DNA of 64,000 nucleotides, taken from Candidatus Daviesbacteria bacterium GW2011_GWA1_41_61. GTDB taxonomy: Bacteria > Patescibacteriota > Microgenomatia > Daviesbacterales > UBA10151. The translations under genes were made by a program, and so were the position numbers. Shown here piece after piece: positions 38,766 through 48,401 of this stretch; positions within the stretch are counted from its first letter, which is position 1; every line of letters starts with the position of its first letter. Below the pieces are notes generated by a model. It saw only the letters and a list, made by a program, of their open reading frames with translations, was not told the origin of the DNA and searched no databases. The stretch covers positions 119,424 through 183,423 of the forward strand of contig LCBT01000002.1 in NCBI GenBank assembly GCA_000997385.1, in the 5' to 3' direction.

Positions 38766-40034
38766 TTGATCCGGTCAGGTCAAATTATGAGTAAACTAAA
38801 GCCGTTAAACTTGAAACAAAAAGAGCTGCCCCATGTATCTCCTTGGTTTAAACTTGGAGCCTTAATTCTGATCTTTTTAGGGATCGGGGTTTTTTTATTA
38901 ACAGGGGGGGATAAACCAAACAGGTCTTCAGTATTCAATTATGTTTTAGGCAGAGAGACTACTTTGGAGGAAGATCAAGGAAGAATTAATATTTTACTGT
39001 TAGGCATGGCTGGAGGAAGACATGATGGAGCAACTTTGACTGATACCATCATGGTAGCCTCTTATGATTTAAAAACCAAAAAGGCGGTGCTCGTTTCTTT
39101 GCCACGGGATCTGTGGATTTCTAAGCACCAGGCCAAGGTTAATACCCTTTATCAGACGGGGCTTAGTAGCGGAGAAGGACTAAAGTTTGTCCGGGAAGAG
39201 ATTGGCCAGATTTTGGGCCTAAAAATCCCTTATGCGGTGAGGGTAGATTTTGCTGGATTTGTTCAGGTCGTGGATTTAATGGAGGGGATTGATATTGAAG
39301 TAACCCGTTCCTTTGATGATTATTTTTACCCCCTTGAGGGTAAAGAGAATGACCTTTGTGAATATAAAGAAGAGGAGATAGAGATTGATGAGGAGAAGGC
39401 CAAGAAACTTAATATAAAAACAGGAAAGGTCAAAGTTCTTTTAGACAAAGAGGAGAAAATTGCTACTGCCGCGGCTGAGCCAGGAAAAAGTTTGGTTTAT
39501 AGTGATGACCAAGCCAAGACTTTTTTTTTATGCCGTTTTGAACATTTAACCTTTAAAAAGGGGATGACTCATATGGATGGAGCTTTAGCTCTCAAATTTG
39601 TCAGATCCCGTCATGGGTTAAACGGTGAGGGAAGTGATTTTGCCAGGTCCAAAAGGCAACAACAGGCGCTGCAAGCCTTTAAAAATAAAGTTTTGTCTTT
39701 TCAAACACTGTTTGATGCCGGTAAGATCGTTGAGTTAGGCAGGACTTTTGGCAGAAGTGTCGAGAGTGATATCCCCCAAACTCAGTATTTAGACTTTATC
39801 AAATTAGTTCAGAAAATGGGATCAACTAAAAGTGTGGTGATTGATGGCAGCGGAACCTCTCCCCTGCTGATTACCCCGACAGAGGGTAATTTTGGTGGAG
39901 CCTGGGTGCTTCTGCCCCCTGAGGATGATTTTTCCAGGATCCAACAGTTTATTAAAGATTCTTTTTTGGAGGAAATAGAAGCCACTCAAAGTGCTAATAT
40001 TTCACCTACCCAAAGCGAGAGCCTTAAAAGATGA
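38766..40034 (+). CDS. LytR-CpsA-Psr (LCP) family cell-envelope transferase
   Basis: N-terminal TM and the LCP core INILLLGMAGGRHDGATLTDTIMVASYD ... SLPRDLWI. Confidence 0.8.
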   Translation: MIRSGQIMSKLKPLNLKQKELPHVSPWFKLGALILIFLGIGVFLLTGGDKPNRSSVFNYVLGRETTLEEDQGRINILLLGMAGGRHDGATLTDTIMVASYDLKTKKAVLVSLPRDLWISKHQAKVNTLYQTGLSSGEGLKFVREEIGQILGLKIPYAVRVDFAGFVQVVDLMEGIDIEVTRSFDDYFYPLEGKENDLCEYKEEEIEIDEEKAKKLNIKTGKVKVLLDKEEKIATAAAEPGKSLVYSDDQAKTFFLCRFEHLTFKKGMTHMDGALALKFVRSRHGLNGEGSDFARSKRQQQALQAFKNKVLSFQTLFDAGKIVELGRTFGRSVESDIPQTQYLDFIKLVQKMGSTKSVVIDGSGTSPLLITPTEGNFGGAWVLLPPEDDFSRIQQFIKDSFLEEIEATQSANISPTQSESLKR

Positions 40035-40690
40035 AGATTGCCCTTTTGCACGGTCCAGGAGAGGTGGGGAAAAGAAGTGAACTTTTAAAGATCCGCAGCC
40101 ATTTTAGCCGGAATTTAGTAAGTATTGTTGATTTAAAGCAAGATGATATAGCTAAGATTGAAGAGATAATGTTGTCTCAACCGCTTTTGTTTGAGGGTAG
40201 AAGGTTGGTCTTGGTGGAGAATGCTCCAGAGACATTGGATTTGGAAAAGCTGCCTAAGTTGGCAGGTGAGCTGTTTTTGGCAGTAATGGCCCCTTCTTTA
40301 AAAAATGACTCCTTGATTTTAAAAAGTGCTCACAAACTAGGGGCCAAGATTTTGCTTTTTGAAGGAGAAAAAGAGCTTTCGGCCTTTCCCTTTTTGGATG
40401 CTTTGCTGGAAAAGAAACCTCAGGCTTTTTCAGAGCTTCAGAAGCTTCTTTTAGACTATGGCTGGGTTTATGTGGTGACGATGATTTATTACGGATTGCG
40501 GCGTAATCTCTTGCCTTTACCTCCCCAGGGATTTATTCAGAGAAAAATTTTAGCCCAAAGACAGAACTTCCACCCTCAGGACTTTGAACAATTATATAAA
40601 CTGGCTTTACAGACTGAGTTTAATATTAAAAATGGAGCTATGGCGGAAAAAGTAGCTTTAGCCAAGCTGGTCCAAGCTTTTATCGGCTGA
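40031..40690 (+). CDS. Hypothetical protein (possibly a reduced DNA polymerase III delta subunit-like protein)
   Basis: Its size and helical composition are compatible with HolA. The call is weak. Confidence 0.25.
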   Translation: MKIALLHGPGEVGKRSELLKIRSHFSRNLVSIVDLKQDDIAKIEEIMLSQPLLFEGRRLVLVENAPETLDLEKLPKLAGELFLAVMAPSLKNDSLILKSAHKLGAKILLFEGEKELSAFPFLDALLEKKPQAFSELQKLLLDYGWVYVVTMIYYGLRRNLLPLPPQGFIQRKILAQRQNFHPQDFEQLYKLALQTEFNIKNGAMAEKVALAKLVQAFIG

Positions 40691-41591
40691 CAGATTGATC
40701 CATCATCTGTAAGTCCTGATTATTGACCACTCCATCTTGGTTTAAGTCAGCTACCTTTTGGGTAGGCTTTGAACCAAAATTTTTTAGGATGATACTGCGG
40801 TCTAAAGAGTTAACTTTACCGTCGTTGTTAATGTCGAAGTGGGGAACAAAAGGAGCTTTAGTGGGGCTAGTTAAATTCTGATCTTGTCCTAATATCAAAG
40901 GAGAAGAGATCAGGGCAGCAGAGAAAGGGTTGATTGCTATCTGAGATTGTTGTTTATCATCAAAGATGGTCAGTGTAGCTTTAAGGTCGGGGTTGAAAGT
41001 AGGGATAACCTCGCTTGAGGAGGCGGGATAGATTTCCGTCAGAGGTAAGAGAAAATTTCCGGCCACTTTAGTGACAGTTGCCAATTTCTCCATTCCGGGG
41101 ATCTGTAAGGTAATAAGAGCTTCAACAACCGGCTTTTTAGATTCGTTGATTACTGTGCCAATTAAGGGTGGGAAGTCATAAGAGATAGTTTTGGGGAGCG
41201 TGGTAAAAGTTAAAAACTCCTTAGGCGGATAGGTTAACATTCCGGAGTTAATTTTATAATAATAGGTGGTACTCGGTTGAAGATTAGTCAGGGTGACAAA
41301 ATGGAGCTGATGGCTTTGAGGAGACTGCAAATCCCTCTCATCACGGAAAGTCTGGGTAGCTATGGGGGGCGTTCCCAGTTGGACAAACCCGACAGCCGGC
41401 ACTTGAGTTTGCCAATAGAGGGAGGCACGGGTGGCAGAGAGGTTGACTAAATTAATATTTTGGGGCTCCACGGAAGGGCTGGCTTTAGATTTTAAGGCCT
41501 GGTTTTGATTAGCTAGGAAGACACCCACACCCAGACCAACCAAAATAAGGCTTAATCCTAAAAGTGTTGGAATTTTGGTTTTGGGTTCCAT
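40680..41591 (-). CDS. Membrane-anchored FN3-like protein with a C-terminal dockerin-type Ca-binding repeat pair
   Basis: It has an N-terminal TM, an FN3-like STTYYYKI, and a C-terminal DINNDGKVNSLD ... DLNQDGVVNNQD dockerin signature. Confidence 0.45.
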   Translation of the reverse strand: MEPKTKIPTLLGLSLILVGLGVGVFLANQNQALKSKASPSVEPQNINLVNLSATRASLYWQTQVPAVGFVQLGTPPIATQTFRDERDLQSPQSHQLHFVTLTNLQPSTTYYYKINSGMLTYPPKEFLTFTTLPKTISYDFPPLIGTVINESKKPVVEALITLQIPGMEKLATVTKVAGNFLLPLTEIYPASSSEVIPTFNPDLKATLTIFDDKQQSQIAINPFSAALISSPLILGQDQNLTSPTKAPFVPHFDINNDGKVNSLDRSIILKNFGSKPTQKVADLNQDGVVNNQDLQMMDQSVSR

Positions 41592-41782
41592 GTCTTTACA
41601 AAGAGAGACTATTAATTACCTCTTGATCGAAGTTTGGGTTAACTGGTTCTAAAACTTCTTGTACTTGGGGAGAGATGTCGCTCTGGGTTCGGGTATGGAT
41701 GATGTCTGAAGCTACCCAAATAAGGACAGTGATTAAGGTAGCTATGAGGATATATAAAAATTGTCTTCCGCTCATTGTAAAG

Positions 41783-42388
41783 TTAGTTTTTTAATAGGTA
41801 AGCCTTTCCTGTTACTGATAACGACATATTTCCTTCTGCCGGTTTGTTTAGGACAATGTTGGTCAGTGTTACAATCCGGGAAGAATGTTTTAAGTAATCA
41901 AGGGTGGCCATAAGCTGTTGATATGATCCTTGAGCATTTAAAGCAAATTCGATCTCCCCTAAATTAGGGCTTGTTGTAGCTTCTGCAGCGTTGTCATAGA
42001 CTGTCACCGACTGAACTTGTAGAGCTGAAAAGGAAGCCTCTTTTTTAACTGAATCTTCCAGACTTTTGACTAAGGAAGTTACTTGAGCTTGGGAAGGAAG
42101 AGCCAGTTTAATCCGTTCTTTTGTTTGGGGATCTAGGCTATCAAAATTTTGCTTAGCTAAAGTTAAATCCTGGCCTTTTTTTTTCAACTGATCCAGAATT
42201 TGTTTGTGAGTTTCAATATTTTTTTGGAGTTGGGCAATAGTAGAGAGGGTGGGACGGATAATAAAGATCATAAACAAAGTAACGGCTAAAACACTAAAGA
42301 TATAGGGGGTAGAAGATTTGACCAGTTTGTTGGTGATAACAGGTGTAATATAGGTGTAATAACGGGAGTAATATTTGTTTTGTGACAT
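41783..42388 (-). CDS. PilO-like type IV pilus assembly protein
   Basis: N-terminal TM, then coiled coil, then a C-terminal alpha/beta region. It is coupled to the PilN-like ORF with a 0-nt gap. Confidence 0.4.
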   Translation of the reverse strand: MSQNKYYSRYYTYITPVITNKLVKSSTPYIFSVLAVTLFMIFIIRPTLSTIAQLQKNIETHKQILDQLKKKGQDLTLAKQNFDSLDPQTKERIKLALPSQAQVTSLVKSLEDSVKKEASFSALQVQSVTVYDNAAEATTSPNLGEIEFALNAQGSYQQLMATLDYLKHSSRIVTLTNIVLNKPAEGNMSLSVTGKAYLLKN

Positions 42389-42973
42389 TTAATTTATCCC
42401 TCCTCGGGGCAAGCTGCCGGAAATTGAAAATTTGATTTCGTTTTCGAAAGCCACATTAGTCAGGGTGACTTCGGAAAAAGCTGGATCTTTTTTTAAAGCA
42501 CGGATAAAAGCTGACAGTTCGTTGGTTTGGATGGGAGCCTGTCCATTGATGGTAAATGAAGTTTTAGGGTGGGGTTGGGTTTGCTCTAAAGCAATGCTAG
42601 TAAGCCGGCTGTTGAGAGGCATTAAGCTGCCAACCTTTGTTATTACGGCTGAATAGTTAGGGCTTTCAGCCTTTATCTTTTTAATAGTAGCCAGTTGGAA
42701 TTGAGTCTGCCTAATCATTATCTCGTCATTTCTGAGACTTTTTAAATAGGGTATTTCCTGATTAATCTTATCTTTGAGATCATCCAGTTCAGTGTCTAGC
42801 TGATAGCGATAGACAAGTGCTCCAATGACAATCAGTTCTACTAAAATGACAATAAACCTACCCGAGGATAAAATCCACTTTAGTAAAGCTACTAAGATTG
42901 CTACCGGCTCTCCTTTGCGTACCAGCAAGTTAATGCGGTAGAGGTTTTGACCCGGATTTTTGGAGGCAGCCAT
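42389..42973 (-). CDS. PilN-like type IV pilus assembly protein
   Basis: The N-terminal YRINLLVRKGE (INLLP motif) precedes a TM helix and a periplasmic domain. Confidence 0.5.
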   Translation of the reverse strand: MAASKNPGQNLYRINLLVRKGEPVAILVALLKWILSSGRFIVILVELIVIGALVYRYQLDTELDDLKDKINQEIPYLKSLRNDEIMIRQTQFQLATIKKIKAESPNYSAVITKVGSLMPLNSRLTSIALEQTQPHPKTSFTINGQAPIQTNELSAFIRALKKDPAFSEVTLTNVAFENEIKFSISGSLPRGGIN

Positions 42974-43048
42974 ACTTTTAGTTTACGCCCGAAACTTTAA
43001 AGATGCAAGTTTAAAGATGCAAGATTTTAAACTAAAAGAGTTGTCAAG

Positions 43049-43288
43049 TTATTTAGAAACCATCAATTTAGACAACTGAGACTTTAGGCGGGCGGCTTTA
43101 TTGCGGTGGATCAGTTTAACTTTAGCAGCTTTATCTAAAGTACTAAAAACAGCGCTTAGAGTTTTGGCACTGGGGTTTTTACGAGCTTTTTTAAGCAGGC
43201 TTTTAAGCTTGTTTTTTCTCGCTAGATTGCGGGCAGTTTTCACCTTATCTTGGCGTACTTTTTTAATCGCAGATTTGATAACCGGCAT
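43049..43288 (-). CDS. rpsT: 30S ribosomal protein S20
   Basis: MPVIKSAIKKVRQDKVKTARNLARKNKLKS is the S20 N-terminus, with the start at the internal ATG of the listed ORF. Confidence 0.8.
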   Translation of the reverse strand: MPVIKSAIKKVRQDKVKTARNLARKNKLKSLLKKARKNPSAKTLSAVFSTLDKAAKVKLIHRNKAARLKSQLSKLMVSK

Positions 43289-43353
43289 ACAGCTTGGTAT
43301 GGTAACACAGAGTATAGCTTTGGTGCAAGGATTGATGTTAAAATTTAACATCA

Positions 43354-44988
43354 ATGGTTAAAAATTTACTTTTTCTGCTTTCAGCTAGACAATCATCAAT
43401 TCTTTCCGGGGCTTTGGTGATTATGGCCACAGTGATGGCTTCCAAATTTTTAGGCTTAGTCCGTGACAGATTGTTGGCTCATACCTTCTCTCCGGATCAG
43501 ACAGCTGTTTTTTTGGCTGCTTTTAGAATACCTGACCTGATCTTTCAGTTGTTAATTTTTGGGGCTGTGTCAGTGGCCTTTATTCCTATTTTTACTGACT
43601 ACTTACATAAAAAAGGAGAAGAGGAATCTTTTAGATTTGCTGCGGATGTTTTTAATTTAGTTTTAGGGGGATTTATTTTAATTAGTATCTTGGTGTTTAT
43701 AGTAGCTGACCCTTTAACCAATTTAGTGGTTCCAGGATTTTCGGCAGAGCAAAAACAGTTAACAGCTGTTTTGACCAGGGTTATTTTGGGAGGGCAAGTT
43801 TTGCTGGTGGTAGGGTCTTTTTTTGCCGGAGTTTGCCAATCTTATCAAAGATTTGTTATCCCGGCTTTAGCGGCAGTTTTTTATAATGTAGGAATAATTT
43901 TGGGGATTATTTTTTTGACCCCCTATATTGGACTTTTTGGTCCGGCCTTCGGGGTGATTATCGGCGCTGCCCTGCATGCTTTAATCCAGGTTCCTTTGGT
44001 GGCTTCTTTAGGCTTTAAACACCGCTTCAGTCTTAACTTAAACAGTGAGGGAATTAAAGAGATCTCCGGGTTGATCAGTATTAGGACGGTAGGTGTGGCC
44101 GTGGAACAGATCAACGAGACAGTGGGCATAATATTGGCCTCTTTAATCTCGGTCTCTTCTGTAACTTATTTAACTTTTGCCCAGCATCTACAGACAGTCC
44201 CCATTGGTTTATTTGGGGCGACTTTAGCTCAGGCAGCTTTACCGGTTTTATCTCAAGAGCAAGCAAAGGGTGAAAATGAGGCTTTTAAGACTACCCTTTT
44301 GACTACTATGCATCAGGTGATGTTTTTAAGCTTACCCTCGGCAGCAATATTAATAGTCCTAAGGATTCCGGCAGTGAGATTAGTCTTTGGGGCTTCCCAA
44401 TTTGACTGGCCAGCGACGGTGCTAACTGGACAAACCGTAGCTTACTTGGCGGTGGGTTTGGCAGCTCAAGCAGTTGCCCTTCTTTTAGTGAGGGGGTTTT
44501 ATGCTTTAAAAGATACCCGTACCCCAGTAGTTGTTTCTATCCTTACTGTGGCCCTAAATATTATTTTAAGTGTCTTTTTTATCCAGATACTGCGGTTGGA
44601 TGTATGGGGTTTGGGCCTCTCTTATGCCATCGTCTCTAATTTATCGGTAATTCTCCTGTTATATTTTCTCCATAAAAAACTAGGGGGGTTTGATATTGCT
44701 AGTCTATTTATTCCCGCCGGGAAGATGATCTTGGCAGCAGTGGCAGCAGCAATAACGTTATACCTTTTGATGAAAGGGTTAGATATAGCTTTTGACACCA
44801 GAAAAACGGTTAATTTAATTCTTTTAACAGGCATTGCTTCTATTTTTGGTTTATCAGTTTATATCCTTTTGGTATGGCTTTTGAGGGTCAAAGAGTTAGA
44901 GACTTTTGGCAATTTAATCAAAAGAGTCTACAATGCTCAATTTAATGTTAAATCTCAGGAGATTCTAGAAGAAACAGGCCCAATCTAA
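43354..44988 (+). CDS. murJ: Lipid II flippase MurJ (MviN)
   Basis: A 14-TM profile with the typical N-terminus SILSGALVIMATVMASKFLGLVRDRLLAHTF. Confidence 0.85.
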   Translation: MVKNLLFLLSARQSSILSGALVIMATVMASKFLGLVRDRLLAHTFSPDQTAVFLAAFRIPDLIFQLLIFGAVSVAFIPIFTDYLHKKGEEESFRFAADVFNLVLGGFILISILVFIVADPLTNLVVPGFSAEQKQLTAVLTRVILGGQVLLVVGSFFAGVCQSYQRFVIPALAAVFYNVGIILGIIFLTPYIGLFGPAFGVIIGAALHALIQVPLVASLGFKHRFSLNLNSEGIKEISGLISIRTVGVAVEQINETVGIILASLISVSSVTYLTFAQHLQTVPIGLFGATLAQAALPVLSQEQAKGENEAFKTTLLTTMHQVMFLSLPSAAILIVLRIPAVRLVFGASQFDWPATVLTGQTVAYLAVGLAAQAVALLLVRGFYALKDTRTPVVVSILTVALNIILSVFFIQILRLDVWGLGLSYAIVSNLSVILLLYFLHKKLGGFDIASLFIPAGKMILAAVAAAITLYLLMKGLDIAFDTRKTVNLILLTGIASIFGLSVYILLVWLLRVKELETFGNLIKRVYNAQFNVKSQEILEETGPI

Positions 44989-45038
44989 GTTTTTTAAAGC
45001 AAATTGATTCAAAGTTCAAACTCCACTACAATACTCCC

Positions 45039-46871
45039 ATGGCAAACATCAGAAATTTTTCGATTATTGCTCATATTGATCATGGGAAATCGACCTTAGC
45101 TGACCGTTTGCTGGAGATTACCGGCACTGTGGCCAAAGACAAACTCCAACCCCAACTTTTGGATTCTTTAGCTTTGGAAAGAGAACGGGGTATTACCATC
45201 AAATTAGCCCCGGTCCGATTAAATTATACTTTCAACTCTCAACTTTACACTCTCAACTTAATAGATACTCCCGGCCATATGGATTTTTCCTATGAAGTTT
45301 CCCGGGCTTTGGCGGCAGTAGAGGGAGCGATACTTTTAGTTGATGCTACTCAAGGAATCCAAGCCCAAACTTTAGATCATGGACTGTCAGCTTTAAATCA
45401 GAATTTAACTTTAATTCCGGTGATTAATAAGGTTGACATGCTGTCAATCTTCCCTTCGCCTAACGGCGAACGTAAAATTGATTTTAGTCATCCAGAAATA
45501 GAAAAGTGTGCTCTCCAACTTATGGATACCTTTGGCTTTCGGGAAGATGAGATCATTCTGGCTTCTGGAAAAACTGGAGAAGGAGTGGAAGAGATCTTAA
45601 AAGCAATTATCGAGAAGGTACCTGCACCCAAAGCAGATCCTTCACCCGATAAATCGGGTTCAGGACGAGTTGCGCTGCGCGCACTAGTTTTTGATTCTTT
45701 TTTTGATTCTTATAAAGGAGTGATGGCCCAGGTAAGAATTGTAGAAGGGAGGACTCCTAGAAGTGGAGAAAAGATTGTCTTTTTGGGGACTGGAGCTAGC
45801 GGGCAAATTCTGGAAGTGGGTTACTTTGTTCCTCAGTTAACTGTTGCTGACTGCCTTGAGGCGGGGGAGATTGGTTATATTGCCACAGGTATTAAGCAAC
45901 CTGATTTAGTGAGAGTCGGTGATACTATCTCCACCGATTTGAATGTTGAGCTTTTGCCGGGTTACCGGGAGGTTAAACCGATGGTTTATGTGGGGCTTTA
46001 TCCTATTGAGACAGGAGAATATTTTGAGTTAAAGGAAGCTTTAGCTAAGTTTAGGCTGACAGATCCGGCCTTTTCTTATGAACTAGAGCAATCGGCAGTT
46101 TTGGGATCAGGCTTTAGGTGTGGTTTTTTAGGACTGCTACATGCTGAGGTGGTTCAAGAAAGGTTATCGGAGGAGTTTAATGTTAATCTCCTGGCTACTA
46201 CTCCCTCGGTGGAGTACCAATTTGCAGGCCAGACTATCAACAATCCAGCAGATCTTCCCCAAGGTGAAAACATTAAGGATTTAAAAGAACCGTGGGTAAA
46301 ACTGCAGATTTTTGCGCCTCAAAGTTATATCGGTCCGGTGATGGACTTAGTCCAGGAAAGAAGGGGTAAATTTATTAACATGCAGCACTATGGAATCCAG
46401 GTGGAGTTGTCTTATGAAATGCCTTTATCTGAGATGATTACCGATTTTTATGACAAACTAAAATCAGTCTCCTCAGGTTTTGCTTCCTTAGATTGGGAAT
46501 TTTTGGAATTTAGAGAGGTAGATGCTGTGAGGGTAGATTTTTTAGTAGGGGGAGAAAAAGTAGATGCGCTGTCAACTATAGTTTACAGGCCCAAGGCTGA
46601 ATCAGTCGGCCGGCGGATGGTAGAAAAGCTAAAAGAGATCTTGCCCAGGCAAAATTTTACTATAGCTATTCAGGCAGCTATTGGTGGGAAAATAATTGCC
46701 AGAGAAACAATTTCTCCTTTTAGAAAAGATGTGACAGCCAAACTTTACGGAGGAGACAGGACCAGAAAAGATAAATTGTTAGAAAAACAAAAGAAAGGTA
46801 AAAAGAAGATGAAAATGATTGGAAAGGTAGAAATCCCCCAAGAAGCATTTTTAAGTATCTTGAAATCATAA
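45039..46871 (+). CDS. lepA: Elongation factor 4 (LepA)
   Basis: IRNFSIIAHIDHGKSTLADRLL, a DTPGH switch, and the C-terminal LepA-specific domain. Confidence 0.95.
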   Translation: MANIRNFSIIAHIDHGKSTLADRLLEITGTVAKDKLQPQLLDSLALERERGITIKLAPVRLNYTFNSQLYTLNLIDTPGHMDFSYEVSRALAAVEGAILLVDATQGIQAQTLDHGLSALNQNLTLIPVINKVDMLSIFPSPNGERKIDFSHPEIEKCALQLMDTFGFREDEIILASGKTGEGVEEILKAIIEKVPAPKADPSPDKSGSGRVALRALVFDSFFDSYKGVMAQVRIVEGRTPRSGEKIVFLGTGASGQILEVGYFVPQLTVADCLEAGEIGYIATGIKQPDLVRVGDTISTDLNVELLPGYREVKPMVYVGLYPIETGEYFELKEALAKFRLTDPAFSYELEQSAVLGSGFRCGFLGLLHAEVVQERLSEEFNVNLLATTPSVEYQFAGQTINNPADLPQGENIKDLKEPWVKLQIFAPQSYIGPVMDLVQERRGKFINMQHYGIQVELSYEMPLSEMITDFYDKLKSVSSGFASLDWEFLEFREVDAVRVDFLVGGEKVDALSTIVYRPKAESVGRRMVEKLKEILPRQNFTIAIQAAIGGKIIARETISPFRKDVTAKLYGGDRTRKDKLLEKQKKGKKKMKMIGKVEIPQEAFLSILKS

Positions 46872-47088
46872 TAGTAAAAATGCTATTTTAAGAAAAATAT
46901 GTCAGCTGAAAAAAGACTTCAGGTTGTTGAGATTACTTTAGACACTAAACTTGAGGATATCCCAGACGGTCCACCTTGTATGGTTGGTGGTAAGTCGACT
47001 CAACTACACCAAAGGTATATTGATGAGCAACAAGTCCAAAGTATATACTTTTTTGTCTTGCCTAATGGACTTTTAGCAAAAAAACCTC

Positions 47089-47126
47089 TTGACAGAGATT
47101 AGCAGTCGTGATAACTTACTGCTAGT
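47089..47126 (+). promoter_or_regulatory. hrcA promoter -35 (TTGACA) followed by a CIRCE-type inverted repeat TTAGCAGTC-N9-TACTGCTAG
   Basis: TAGCA at 47100-47104 and TGCTA at 47120-47124 are separated by 15 nt, which is CIRCE spacing. 7 of 9 arm positions are complementary. The site lies about 30 nt upstream of the hrcA ATG. Confidence 0.55.
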
Positions 47127-47155
47127 AATAAACCAATCAGTATATCATTTTTTCT

Positions 47156-47884
47156 ATGAGTGATCTAAGCGATAGACAAAGACAACTTTTACAAGCCATT
47201 GTAGAGCTTTATGTTAAAAGTGGTGAACCTGTTCCTTCTGAAGCTGTTGAAAAAACTTATGATTTAGGCGTCTCTCCGGCCACTATTAGAAATGAGATGG
47301 TCAAATTAACTGATTTAGGATTTTTAAAACAACCTCACACCAGTGCTGGACGTGCACCTACTTCGATGGGTTTCCGTCTTTACATCGGTGAGTTGATGAA
47401 AGAAAAGGAGCTGCCGATAGTTGATGAAGTGGCTATCCGCCAGCAGGTTTTAGACCAACGATCCCAATTTAATAGAATGCTTCAGGTAGCTACTAAAGCT
47501 TTAGCTAAAAAATCCGGAGCTTTGGCTTTGGCTATTAATGGGCATGAGGTCTTTTATACCGGAGCAGCTAATATTTTAGATCTGCCGGAATTTTATGATA
47601 TTGACGTCACCCGCTTTGTGCTGTCGATGTTTGATGAATTTTCTATCTTGGAAAGAATTATCAACAGGGCTCAAGGTTCAGAGACTGTTCATGTTATTTT
47701 TGGGGAGGAGACAGAATTTGAATATCTTCGGTCCACCAGTTTTGCCTTCTTAGACTTTGAATTTGGTCCGGAGAAAGAAGGTATTATTGGGGTGATCGGT
47801 CCCAACAGGCTTAATTTCCCGATAGTGCTCCCCTATTTGAGATACATCGGTCAAGTGTTAGGCGAGGCCTCGAAAGTGGGGTAA
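47156..47884 (+). CDS. hrcA: Heat-inducible transcription repressor HrcA (short, 242 aa)
   Basis: The N-terminal winged helix RQRQLLQAIVELYVKSGEPV and GVSPATIRNEM fit HrcA. It is about 100 aa shorter than typical HrcA. Confidence 0.8.
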   Translation: MSDLSDRQRQLLQAIVELYVKSGEPVPSEAVEKTYDLGVSPATIRNEMVKLTDLGFLKQPHTSAGRAPTSMGFRLYIGELMKEKELPIVDEVAIRQQVLDQRSQFNRMLQVATKALAKKSGALALAINGHEVFYTGAANILDLPEFYDIDVTRFVLSMFDEFSILERIINRAQGSETVHVIFGEETEFEYLRSTSFAFLDFEFGPEKEGIIGVIGPNRLNFPIVLPYLRYIGQVLGEASKVG

Positions 47885-47896
47885 AAGTTATCAAAG

Positions 47897-48400
47897 ATGA
47901 GTAAAAAAAATCAGTTCAAAGAATTAGAAGATAAACTCTCCTCAGCCCAAGAGCAGCTAAAAAGAGCAGTGGCTGATTACCGGAATTTAGAGAAAAGAAT
48001 TCAGGAAGATGGGCTGATGATAGCTCAGTATTCTAAATCCCAGCTGGTAAATAAAATCCTGCCAGCTCTAGACAGTTTAGATCAGGCTGTAGCTGGAGCT
48101 GCTGAGTCTGAGGCAGAATCTGGATGGCTTAAGGGGGTAATGATGGCGATCAAGCAACTACGGCAAGCTTTGGTAGAAGAAGGACTGGTGGAGATTGATA
48201 CCTCAGGCCAATTTAATCCTAGTTTGCATGAAGCAGTTGACGTCAGAACCGGGGAAAATGATAAGATATTAGAGGTAGTCTTAAGAGGGTATATTTTAAA
48301 CGGTAAAGTATTAAGACCGGCCAAAGTGGTAGTAGGAAAATCTCAACCTGAGAAGATGAGCGAGGAAGCAACAAAAGAGATAGAAACAGAGGAGGTTTAA
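47897..48400 (+). CDS. grpE: Nucleotide exchange factor GrpE
   Basis: Coiled-coil N-terminus and the C-terminal GrpE beta domain (GEKFDPNLHEA-like NPSLHEAV). Confidence 0.85.
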   Translation: MSKKNQFKELEDKLSSAQEQLKRAVADYRNLEKRIQEDGLMIAQYSKSQLVNKILPALDSLDQAVAGAAESEAESGWLKGVMMAIKQLRQALVEEGLVEIDTSGQFNPSLHEAVDVRTGENDKILEVVLRGYILNGKVLRPAKVVVGKSQPEKMSEEATKEIETEEV

Positions 48401-48401
48401 T

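Noticed and set aside
46899-47102. 67-aa ORF between lepA and hrcA
   Set aside because: It overlaps the hrcA promoter and CIRCE element and has no convincing RBS or motif. It is more likely a non-coding regulatory region.
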